A DNA stretch of 19,518 bases, taken from contig JANKJI020000004.1 in the NCBI GenBank assembly GCA_024626585.2, positions 69,963,004 through 69,982,521 of the forward strand, written 5' to 3'. Position 1 is the first letter of the stretch. Each line of letters begins with the position of its first letter. The notes beneath the pieces are model-generated. The model saw only the letters and a list, made by a program, of their open reading frames with translations, was not told where the DNA came from and searched no databases. Shown in pieces: positions 1 through 11,500 of the stretch. This DNA comes from Ginkgo biloba (lineage: Eukaryota; Plantae; Ginkgophyta). Both the position numbers and the translations under genes were made by a program.

Positions 1-480
1 GAGTTGACATAGAAAAAATGCTAACCAAATGGGAGAGAATCACTAAAGATAAGAGTCATATGAAGCACATGGACATCTGGCTAAGAAAGTTGAGATTGGA
101 TTTCCCTAAATTCATACTATGGACATTGTGGTTAGAATGAAATAATATGATATTTAATAACCAAAGACCATCTTTGGAAAGAGTGATGGTAAGAGCAAAG
201 AAACTGGCAGGATAATGAATTTTAGTATTGAAGACTAAAGAGGAGATCATCCCAAAGGAGGAATTTAAAAGGACCTTGTGGGAATAGGGTTTGTTGAGTA
301 TCAAGCCCTAGAAAGAGAGGAAATCCTAGGAAAGAAAGGATGAGAACCCTTAGCAACTATAAATTTAGATGGGCATAATGAGCTCTTATAAGTGAATGGA
401 CTCGCAATGAGGGAGTTGATGCATATTATTGAACACTAGGCCCAACTATCATTAAAGGACTGAGAGTGTTATCCTGAAAT
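1..480 (+). mobile_element. Degenerate LINE (L1-like) ORF2 C-terminal fragment
   Basis: The frame from 30 reads ...FPKFILWTLWLE*NNMIFNN..., matching the plant LINE WxIWxERNxRIF motif with CGA>TGA. INLDG at ~359-373 resembles the RNase H-like KLNFDG motif. Boundaries approximate. Confidence 0.7.
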
Positions 481-928
481 GTATTAATATCGATAATTTC
501 TTAAGCAAAAGGTACCCTTTTTATTGCTGATCATCTTTTCTTTCTATCTTGAGGAGACCTTTGGAATGGTTGTATCACACTTTGAGCTCTATGTGATCGT
601 GTGTATGGACTCCTAACAGTTATACCACTAGTGCTTTCTAGTTCTTCAACTGATGAGCAATTTTAAAATTTTAGGACATCCCTAGTAAGGTCACTAGTGA
701 TATTGACGACTATTTTTGGTACTTGATTTTTTGTAAATGGATAAGGCTTTATTGTTGTAACTCAGAGAAGAAAGTACTAAAATAACATAATAGTAAGGAG
801 TCGCATGACTCTCCGACTTATGAGGGATAGTTCCCTTATTTCTAAAGAATAAAAGAAATGTAACACTAGTTGGAAATTATTTACACTAATTTTGTAGTGG
901 TAATAAGGAAAAAAGGGGTCTTGCTCAA

Positions 929-1421
929 TGTCAGGTAATCAATATGAAATGTAAAAAGAAAACAAGGTTAACCACTTTAAGGCTAAAGGAGTAGGGATTG
1001 CTTCTAATATCAATGTGTCGGCAAAGCCAAGCCTTTTGATACGATAGCAGTAACTCTAGTGAAATTGAAGCTAGACATGGAGATTTAGTGACAACTTTGA
1101 ATATTAAAGAAGAGGAATTATGAACCTCATACCACACCTTAATTAGCCAAAATTATCAAACTAATCACAAAGAATAAAGTCTCAAATCGCATTCTCTTTG
1201 AGATTCAACATCATAACTAGATGAATTAGAGAGTAAAATTTGATTTTCTCAGAGAGAAGGTAGAGTTTACTACATCACATCAGAGCATAGCCAAAGGCGA
1301 AGGCTAAAATATTTCTTCTATTTCATTATCAACAAAATTTCCACTTCTAGATAAATACAAAGGGGTCACTCCTCTTTTTAGAAATTAGCTTCTTACATAT
1401 GACAATATCTCCTCCTCTATC
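929..1421 (-). mobile_element. Possible LTR fragment (promoter-to-U5 part), truncated by N gap
   Basis: The minus strand reads ctaaaaagaggagtgacccctttgta (a decayed TATA-like stretch typical of plant LTRs), then CT-rich sequence, and ends ...cctgaCA at 929. Pattern recognition only; no partner LTR or TSD is visible. Confidence 0.35.
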
Positions 1422-4289
1422 NNNNNNNNNNNNNNNNNNNNNNNNNNNNNNNNNNNNNNNNNNNNNNNNNNNNNNNNNNNNNNNNNNNNNNNNNNNNNNN
1501 NNNNNNNNNNNNNNNNNNNNNNNNNNNNNNNNNNNNNNNNNNNNNNNNNNNNNNNNNNNNNNNNNNNNNNNNNNNNNNNNNNNNNNNNNNNNNNNNNNNN
1601 NNNNNNNNNNNNNNNNNNNNNNNNNNNNNNNNNNNNNNNNNNNNNNNNNNNNNNNNNNNNNNNNNNNNNNNNNNNNNNNNNNNNNNNNNNNNNNNNNNNN
1701 NNNNNNNNNNNNNNNNNNNNNNNNNNNNNNNNNNNNNNNNNNNNNNNNNNNNNNNNNNNNNNNNNNNNNNNNNNNNNNNNNNNNNNNNNNNNNNNNNNNN
1801 NNNNNNNNNNNNNNNNNNNNNNNNNNNNNNNNNNNNNNNNNNNNNNNNNNNNNNNNNNNNNNNNNNNNNNNNNNNNNNNNNNNNNNNNNNNNNNNNNNNN
1901 NNNNNNNNNNNNNNNNNNNNNNNNNNNNNNNNNNNNNNNNNNNNNNNNNNNNNNNNNNNNNNNNNNNNNNNNNNNNNNNNNNNNNNNNNNNNNNNNNNNN
2001 NNNNNNNNNNNNNNNNNNNNNNNNNNNNNNNNNNNNNNNNNNNNNNNNNNNNNNNNNNNNNNNNNNNNNNNNNNNNNNNNNNNNNNNNNNNNNNNNNNNN
2101 NNNNNNNNNNNNNNNNNNNNNNNNNNNNNNNNNNNNNNNNNNNNNNNNNNNNNNNNNNNNNNNNNNNNNNNNNNNNNNNNNNNNNNNNNNNNNNNNNNNN
2201 NNNNNNNNNNNNNNNNNNNNNNNNNNNNNNNNNNNNNNNNNNNNNNNNNNNNNNNNNNNNNNNNNNNNNNNNNNNNNNNNNNNNNNNNNNNNNNNNNNNN
2301 NNNNNNNNNNNNNNNNNNNNNNNNNNNNNNNNNNNNNNNNNNNNNNNNNNNNNNNNNNNNNNNNNNNNNNNNNNNNNNNNNNNNNNNNNTATATATCCCC
2401 TAAAATGTTTAGCATATTTGAGTCGTCAAAATTATTGGTGGAATACATATCCATCAATATAAATATTAATATAGACATCAACAATTTAAACCATTTTACA
2501 TCAAACTTCGAAGCATTTTAAAATTAAAGGGAGGGGGATCGGACTATAGAAAACACATTTTTAGCTATTAGTAAAATTTGATGAAAAGATCAATATGCCA
2601 AATATCATGTTTACATTTTATAAATTTTTCTAAACTTCAAAAAAATAGGATCAAAATTTTTTTCCCCTTCAAATGATGGAAAAATCGTCTAAAAATGTCT
2701 AAACACCCATCAAATTCCAACACTGCATCCATCCACCCCTTTATGGATAAATAATATTGGTCAATGGATTAGTAAGGAACATTCTTTATTAAAAATAAAA
2801 GGGACCAATAATAATTAAAATGATTTAATAATGCATCCACCCATCCATATACATAATCTATTCAAAATATATCAAGTATAAACTCGATCTTTATGATCCA
2901 TTTTTTGGATTCAAACTATTTTTTGTCCTTTCTAGGATAGTCAAATTGTAGACATATTTGGGAATAAATCATATAGTTTCATCTATTAGTCAAAAATAAA
3001 AGTTTTATCCTTTTGAGTTATCTTTGAAATGATCCTAGGATCATTAAAAATAGATATATGATTCAAACATTATGATTAAAATTATTACTACCTATCATTA
3101 TGAATCAATTTATAAGATGGTCGTCTTATTGTAATCAATTTGATCGTCTTATACAACCAGAGTGTATTATTTACACAAAAATCATATTATAAACAATTAG
3201 TTCAATCATATTATTTACTCTTCAGTTGTATATTTTATCATCTCAATATTCTTATTTACACATTAATCAACTCAATCGAACTAGCTAGATTATCTTTAAG
3301 ATAAACAAAGTGCAAAAATAAAAATCATTTTTTTATTTTTAAGAAATAAAAAAAATAGAAGATGATAAACAGTGTGTCCTCATCTTCATCACATCATGGT
3401 AATTACTAATCACATTTAGCTATATAGAAATTGAACTTCCTCTTATAGTTGGGGTAACTAAATGGACTGCTGGAAATTGAAAGCTAGCGGACATCAAANN
3501 NNNNNNNNNNNNNNNNNNNNNNNNNNNNNNNNNNNNNNNNNNNNNNNNNNNNNNNNNNNNNNNNNNNNNNNNNNNNNNNNNNNNNNNNNNNNNNNNNNAT
3601 CCAACTAATCATAACCTTGCATAATTGTGTTAGTTCAATGTTTAATTATGGTCAGTTCAATACATGATTATAGTTGATTTAATAATATATGTAGAGTTTA
3701 TAAAAAAAATTCCTTTTGTTGAAATGGTGTTGCTATATTACAAGAAAATATAGAAAATGTACAAGGATATCATTGGGGATCTTTAAAAAATAAAATCAAT
3801 CCATGTTTACACTANNNNNNNNNNNNNNNNNNNNNNNNNNNNNNNNNNNNNCACATGTTCTATGAGAGAGCATCCCACAAATATATCATATCCCTGAGGG
3901 ACCATTATTGTCCAAAACATCAATCTTGTGTTGTCTAGAAAGCATCAAACAAAGTTTAAGGTTCCTTGTATATTTTTAAAAGATACAAGGTTTTTTGTTG
4001 TCACTTATCATCAATATAGATAAGGTCCTCCTATACAGGCAAAAAATTAAGATTTGAATTTATCAATCGAGCTACCCTATTGGAACCAACCCCATAGAGT
4101 CTATACATTAAAATATACATATATCTACAACTCAAGCACACACTAAAAAAGTGGTTAGACTACGATTTCATATTGTTATGTCAATACTGAATTATGACTA
4201 TTCTTGTATAAAGATACTATTAAAATACTAATAAAATATTAACAAAATGATATTTTATCACAATTATTTACTATGGGCATGTACTAATC

Positions 4290-4371
4290 TGTGTGTATGT
4301 GCACGCGCATATGTATGCATATACATGTATGTATATGTACACACGTACACACACACACATATATGCATGCA
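4290..4371. repeat. 82-bp uninterrupted alternating purine/pyrimidine compound microsatellite (TG/CA/TA/CG)
   Basis: tgtgtgtatgtgcacgcgcatatgtatgcatatacatgtatgtatatgtacacacgtacacacacacacatatatgcatgca alternates Y-R at every step. Confidence 0.9.
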
Positions 4372-5468
4372 AGCTCGAATGCAAGTATATCCATGCACAT
4401 GCCTATAAAAAATACCTTGAAACAAACNNNNNNNNNNTTGTTGTATAAAAAGGAAATGTAATGCTAATAATCTCTCTTAAATTATGTTGTTTGTGTGTAT
4501 TTACCAAAACCGAAATATACATAATACCCTTTGCCCTCTCACATGTTTTATTGCAATATGATAAAGGAACCCCACTCAGAGTAAGAAGAGAGATTGTCTT
4601 CACATGGATAGCATATAATATTTTGTACTTGGGAAACATTACGAAACTAAAAAATGGGGCCATTTCTTTACTCAACTTTGATTGTCAACTAGTGAATCCT
4701 TGCAAGAGTAACGTTTGGATAGTTCATCTTCTCATGTTATCTTCAAAGATACTTTTCCTAAATTCTCCTTTAAAATAATTGATTGTCCATAAGATGATAA
4801 GAGGCAACTAGAGTGTAAATTCACTAAGACCTTAAAGTCTTCATATCTATGCACACACAATTATGCACACTCAGAGCTCTCTCTCTCTCTCATCAACTAA
4901 ATTAGTCGTGGGTCTATGTAACCTCTTGCGTGGCCTTCCCCTCCTATCCTTGTGGTTGTGTGCATGTGTATTAACAAGTCAAATGCATCTTTGTTGGCAC
5001 CTTCATATTGTTCCCCCCTCTCTCTCTCTCTTACACACATTTCACACATTTCAAACATAGAACTAATCTTAATAAACCCGAAGCTTTTACTCATTAGAGA
5101 ATCAAACCTACAACACTTTTAAAAGATAATATCTTTTTTTTCGCTTTATAGTATGGTGACATTCTATTGTACAATTTTTCTGTTTTTTCCCCTCAATACA
5201 CAATTATACTTGGGAAAAGGGAAAAAAATAAAACATCTCTGTAATTTTAATGCCTTCCCAATTTAGTACATTTGTGCAGGAATGCTCCTATACAATCCTT
5301 TTCAGCAGGAATATCTCCATCCAAGGGTGCAATCTGCATGTTGTGAAGTATCCAAACATTCATTTCAAGGTACCCACTGATAGAGATTACGATTTCCTTT
5401 CAGGAAGGCTGGTGAAGGATGTATACTCATGTCATATTAATACAAACTTCCTCAGCTGCAAGTTGCAA

Positions 5469-5528
5469 TCAAGGGGAGGCCCCATTCTCTGGTATCCAGG
5501 CCCTGAGACAGTCTGCAGCTTGCTTGGC
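5469..5528 (-). CDS. DTX: MATE exon 8 (terminal)
   Basis: Acceptor gggatgcag|GCC; AKQAADCLRAWIPENGASP* with TGA at 5471-5469. This fits the usual A..A..R...W C-terminal helix of plant MATEs. Confidence 0.8.
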   Translation of the reverse strand, partial: AKQAADCLRAWIPENGASP

Positions 5529-8500
5529 CTGCATCCCAATCCAATCTAGTTTAATGCATATTTCATTATGATTAAGTCCCCAAGTTCAAATAAGATATAT
5601 ATATATATATATATTCCGTCATAAACCGAATAATGCTATGCTACAGAAGGCATCAGTTTGAGTATTTGCAATCTTATGGACCTGCTCATTCCAATTTGTA
5701 TTCCAAGCACCATACAGCAGAATCAGACATTGCAGTGAAGTCCCAGCTATCATTCCAGACCATATGCCCTGTGACAATACCATCTCATTCAGCTCTGAAG
5801 CTCAACAGCCTGTACGCTGGACCCATAAATCTAAAAAGAAATTGAAATATTTCAGATGCCTCCATGCAGATCAGTCATGATGCACTCAAGGGATTCTGAA
5901 TACTTACTGTAATCCCCATGTTGAACTTGAAGCATATTAGTATTCCCAGTGGCAATCCAACTATATAACATGAGAGCATGTTCACGTAAGCGACATAATA
6001 TTGTAATCCACATCCTGTTGCCGCACCTGCTCAAACATTGCTTCAGAATATCAATTTACAAAACAACTAATAATATGTCCCACTCAATGTAAATGAATTA
6101 ACCTCTGTATGAACCATATCATAAGCCAATTAAATTAGTCTGCAGTGGATACGTTTGCTTACCTGAAAGCACTGCCTGTATGCCATTGAGAAGAATTGAT
6201 GCAGTAAGAAATGGAACCAACTCGGATACTCTTTCTGCAACACTTGAGCTGTTTGTGAAGAGATATCCCAAAATATTCTTGGATACCAGAAGAGCAATTG
6301 CAAATAAAATGCTGATGACTGAAGATGTGGCNNNNNNNNNNNNNACGCAACAAAAACAGAGGAGCATGCTGCCTCAGCATTTCCTGCTCCAAGTTCATTG
6401 GATACTCTTATGCTGCCAAAATGGAGAAGAAGAACATTATTGAATAATTTGAGCTTCTAAAGCCCATTTTGGGTAAGAAGATCTGACTGCCACTTTGTCT
6501 AGAATTAAATGTTTGGGATTGAACTGCTTCTGGATTATCAATGTGCTTATGTGGTTTAAGTTTTAATTTTTCTTGACTTNNNNNNNNNNNNNNNNNNNNN
6601 NNNNNNNNNNNNNNNNNNNNNNNNNNNNNNNNNNNNNNNNNNNNNNNNNNNNNNNNNNNNNNNNNNNNNNNNNNNNNNNTGCTTATCTGGTTTAAATTAT
6701 AAATTTTCTTTACTTTGTTTATTCAATTAACCTCTGGATATTTGGGGCGAGTTTGTTAACAACATCCTACATTGATTCCTGGTCATTTGGACTTTGAAAA
6801 TTAAATTGTAGCTAATCAGCAACATGAAGTGACTTATTTTAGATCAATGTCTTTATGAGGCAAATCTTTAATATATATAAAATGAGGAACATATCAATGA
6901 AAGGCTAATCATGCTATTCTATCAAAAAAATCCAAAAGCCAAATTTCAATCTATACATCCACTATAAAAATATACACCAATACAACCCTGAGAAATTTGT
7001 GCATGTACACACACACACACAGACATCTCTATTGTACAGTAGAATTATAACAGACTCCAGAGCCAATAGGGAGCCTATGTAATCATCCACCCTTTCTTTT
7101 TGGTTTATAAGTTCAATTGTATGATAAAATTTGCATCCATTCAACCCAAAAATATTAATACTAACAATAGAATTTGCAGTGATTCAATGCATTTAAATAA
7201 TCGATTGACTATTTCAACCCATGCTTAATTGTGCCCAAGATAATGCTTAACTTTAGTTGACTCAAAACTAACAATTGATAGATCAAAAATATTAATAATA
7301 GTATTTTATGGCATTTTTTTGTCAGCGTTATGTGCTTGTGTGTGTGTGTGTACACAATGCACATTCAAACTAAAGATATGCAAGCAATGGCCAACTTCTT
7401 TGTTGTCTAGGCTAAGTGAAAGAGAACCTATTTGCATTATTTATTTTTATATTTTTCAGAGAAAATTGAGAGTGAGGAATAAATTTAGATGAATTTGTTA
7501 TTAACATTAACATAACAAATTATACAATAAAAAACAGAGTGGGGTGTGACAATCATCACCAACAAAATCAATTTTACATATCTANNNNNNNNNNNNNNNN
7601 NNNNNNNNNNNNNNNNNNNNNNNNNNNNNNNNNNNNNNNNNNNNNNNNNNNNNTGGCTACATTCAAGCCAAATGGTATCATTATCTCCAGGAGTATGACA
7701 TTTATGCTGCAATTCAGAGAAACCCACTGAAGCTTAGCTTATTTCTCCATTGCAATTTTAACAAAGATTATATTTGACTCTGTAATGCAAGTAATCATGC
7801 CATATGTTAAACTGACTCAGCTTCGATCCATAGCAATATCATAGATCTGAACTCAATAGCTTAATACAAATAAACAAAAAATCATATCTTCTGCTAGTTA
7901 GTGCTGTATTAGCTTTTGTATTATAAGATAACAGAGAAATTCAAAACAAAACATGATCAAGTTTTGTAAGCAAAACTATGATTAATTACCTTATGGAAAG
8001 TGCATCTATCTCAACTTCTGGATCCTTCAGTGTTCCAGCCACAAAAACCAGGATCTGATAGTACCATATCTGCAGGCTAATTCACCCAGCAATATATATA
8101 AATCTAAAAAAGAACAAAGAATTTTAAGAAAAGCACAAAGAAAACCTTAATGTTTCAATAAATGCCCAAAAAGAGGGTCTACAGACGATAAGGATGGGTG
8201 ATTTCAATACTTACAATACCATTATGGCTGAAAATACTGAGAGTCTTAAGAATGATGGAAGTTGGCGAAATGCACTTAGGGAGAAGCCCGTCCATGAATC
8301 TTTGCATGAATTAGACCAAATTATATATGCAAATTGAAAGATGGCAATTAGCCAGCATGACAAATTGTATGTCATGACAATGCCAAGCAGGCCTAGTTTC
8401 AGTTTAAAAGCAGTTACCCAACACAACACAAAATGCAAGATGAGCACACCTGCAGAGATGAAGACTATAGGCATAATTAAGCTCTGTGCATACAAAAACT

Positions 8501-11500
8501 TCTGAACGGATAAATTCACTGCAAATGCATATAATTGTGGAACCATCCATTTCAAGAGAAGTCCTGATTTAGCAGCAATGGCAGTGGATTGGCCCAACAG
8601 TTTCAATAGATGTTCAGCAAAAAGGCATGGTATGGATAGTAGTATTGCAACTCCAATGAGTATGATGATTGATCTTTGCATGTAAATCCCAAGCATATGG
8701 AGTTGCCTTGCTCCAAAAGCTTGCCCGCCCAGTGTTTCTAGGGCACTTCCCATTCCTAGCTGCATGAAAAAAGGATGCCCAAAAAANNNNNNNNNNNNNN
8801 NNNNNNNNNNNNNNNNNNNNNNNNNNNNNNNNNNNNNNNNNNNNTGAAAAGTACTAGATAGGCAAACTAGAAAACAGAACTTACTTTACAATAGAGAAAG
8901 CCTCCTTGAAGTGACACATGCCCTTAGAAAACTTGTAATTACTTTATATAGTTTAATGAATTAAGTTGTAGGCTACTCCTAACATTACTACGGAAATTCT
9001 TGATAGTTATTACTGAATCTACCAATGAGATACAGGTAAAATCATAGACAGACAGCATGCACTGGTGGAATCATACAAAGCATAACATATTCCAAAATTG
9101 ATTTGGTTTTTTTCAATGAATACTATCTATATAGAGGAATCAGTAGAACTTGACAGGGAGTTTCTATTATGAATGACTCTGAGCTAAACAAACTTTAAAT
9201 AGCCATATAAACCAGTTAACAACAGTTTCAAATTATATACACCACCCTTAGGAAATTGTTGGAACCATAATCCTTCAACTACAACAGTCCACAAACAACT
9301 ATAAGAACAGTCTTTCTCTGTAGTTTGTACAATTTTTGGCCCCCTATGCCAAGAAAGACTCAAATAAACATTTAACCCAATTCAATCAATACATTTTACA
9401 AGAAAATTTGCAAGAATTCTTGTGTAATTAGTAAAATTTGACCTATATAGCTTACAAGCACAGGCCTACTATGAGGAAAAAAGTTCTAAAACAAAAAATG
9501 CACCCAATGTACAAAAGTAGATTCTCAGGAGGCAGCTAATCATTCCGCCACCAGAGATCTGTTGAGCAGAACAGGAGGATGCCCTCTGAGGAAGTTGACT
9601 CCAACACACATATCCGAAGACCTCGCCAGGATCTTAACCACAAACCTGAGCAGGAAATAGAGATTTTGGATGATTGACAGCAGAATGATATATATTCTTT
9701 TTGTATTCATGGTTGTAATGGCCTTATCACAGCCAAGCCGTGGGCCCTGGTGTAGCTTGTTTTCTAACTATAGTTATGTTCAGCGTGCAANNNNNNNNNN
9801 NNNNNNNNNNNNNNNNNNNNNNNNNNNNNNNNNNNNNNNNNNNNNNNNNNNNNNNNNNNNNNNNNNNNNNNNNNNNNNNNNNNNNNNNNNGGAGACCTTA
9901 TAAGACTACCAGTACTTCTAAATAAAAAAGAAAGAAGACTCAAGCAAAGAAAGGAAAAAAACAATGAAGTAAGAAGAAGTTTTCTAATTTGAAACTAAAG
10001 ATTTTCCAATGTGAGCATTACCATAAGAGTAGCCAAACCAAGGATCATTGTTGGAAATTGCACCTTGAACTTATTCCAAAGAATAAGACTCGTAGGAGAT
10101 TTCTTATGACTTGGTCCACAAAGGTGGAAGGGAAGGATATTGAAGGTGCATTGGATGTTGATGATAAAGTCTCCTTAAAGACTACAAAGAACACTAAACC
10201 ATGTCCATTGGATTGGTTATAGAAGGATTCCAAACTTCAAGTCACTCACTAGTACAAATTCGAATTATATATTTCTAGTCAATTTATTAACGAGATGGAG
10301 TGTGATGTGGTACCTCTAAATATGTGCAAAGTGGAAATTAGAAATCTGTACTTGTGGAATCATGATGCCATATTCTTGATAAGGGATAATAAATGGAGGT
10401 AAGTTAAATAAGGGAAGATGTACCTTATCAACATATACAAAGGTAAGAAAAAGATCTTTTTGATTTTAGTTAATCAAGCCAAATGATTGATTAATGGAAG
10501 CAAGACATTCAAGATGTTGGTAGTAATCCTAAAAGAGGAGAAATTATAGAGGTCAAGAGATCTAAATATACATTAATAATTGATCATAGAGGACAAATCA
10601 ACTAGTTATTGAAGAAGTATGATGTTGTATTCTTAGAGCCTAAAGGTCTTCCACCTAGAAGGGCCATTAAGCATGATATCTATTTATTTCTAGATTCACC
10701 CTTACCTAATCTTGGGTTGTATAGAACCTTTGTGGTGGAGAGTGAAAAAAATAAAAGGTAGATTCTCGGGCATATTAGCTGATTTAGGACCTCAGCTTGA
10801 CTAAGCAACCACAGTAAAAGGTTGCTGCCTTTACAAACAAGGAAACTACACAATTAGAATCCAAAACACAACAGTCTAATACTCCATAACCACACGACTA
10901 CAAAACTATCAAAGCAATATGGTCTCCCAAAACCATACATAGCAAGTAGCTGAGATATTACATAGTTCATGAAAACGAAATCATTAGGGAATGCTGAACA
11001 ACTCAGGGAAAAAACAAACACTAGAAGACATAGAATCTCGACTTGAATTTAATTGAAGAAACAAAGACTACCACTGCAATATTAACAGAACCATGGACAT
11101 ACAATCTATGAAATAAACTCGACATACAATCTATATGAAATAAATAGACAATTGCTTAAAACAAAATAAAAATTTTGACAAAAAGCATCAAATAGAACAT
11201 AAATGTAAAGGTCTGATACACCAATCTGGTCTGAGCGGACATAAAATTATTTCAATTCATTCAATAGACCTTACAAGCACTGTTTGAAAGAGTTTTTAGA
11301 AAACTTAAGCGGACAAGATGCATAAATACGCTGGAGATACAAGAAATCGATAAAGGAGAAGTACAAGCTGCTCATTGTTGACATGAAAGGTAGAAGAAAT
11401 AGTCAAATAGATCTGAAAATCAGAGAAATCTTTATGGTCTATTTTTTTTGCACATTTCTAAAATATAATTAGCCAATAATAAAAATTCCTAAAAAATATT

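Noticed and set aside
1399-2484. Long 334/355-aa ORFs
   Set aside because: Almost entirely N gap translated as X.
4403-5094. Short ORFs on both strands downstream of the gene
   Set aside because: No motifs or splice support; partly simple repeats; length consistent with chance.
5250-5845. Plus-strand 99-aa and 70-aa ORFs
   Set aside because: Antisense shadows of MATE exons 7-8 and the 3' UTR, with no recognisable motifs.
10804-10826. Hairpin agcaacc-N9-ggttgct as a Helitron 3' end or terminator
   Set aside because: Only a 7-bp stem, with no properly placed CTRR/T terminus; expected by chance.
11026-11144. Repeated gacata(c/g)aatct units as a CRISPR-like array
   Set aside because: Eukaryotic intron, only two good copies, no spacers and no cas genes; a simple tandem duplication.
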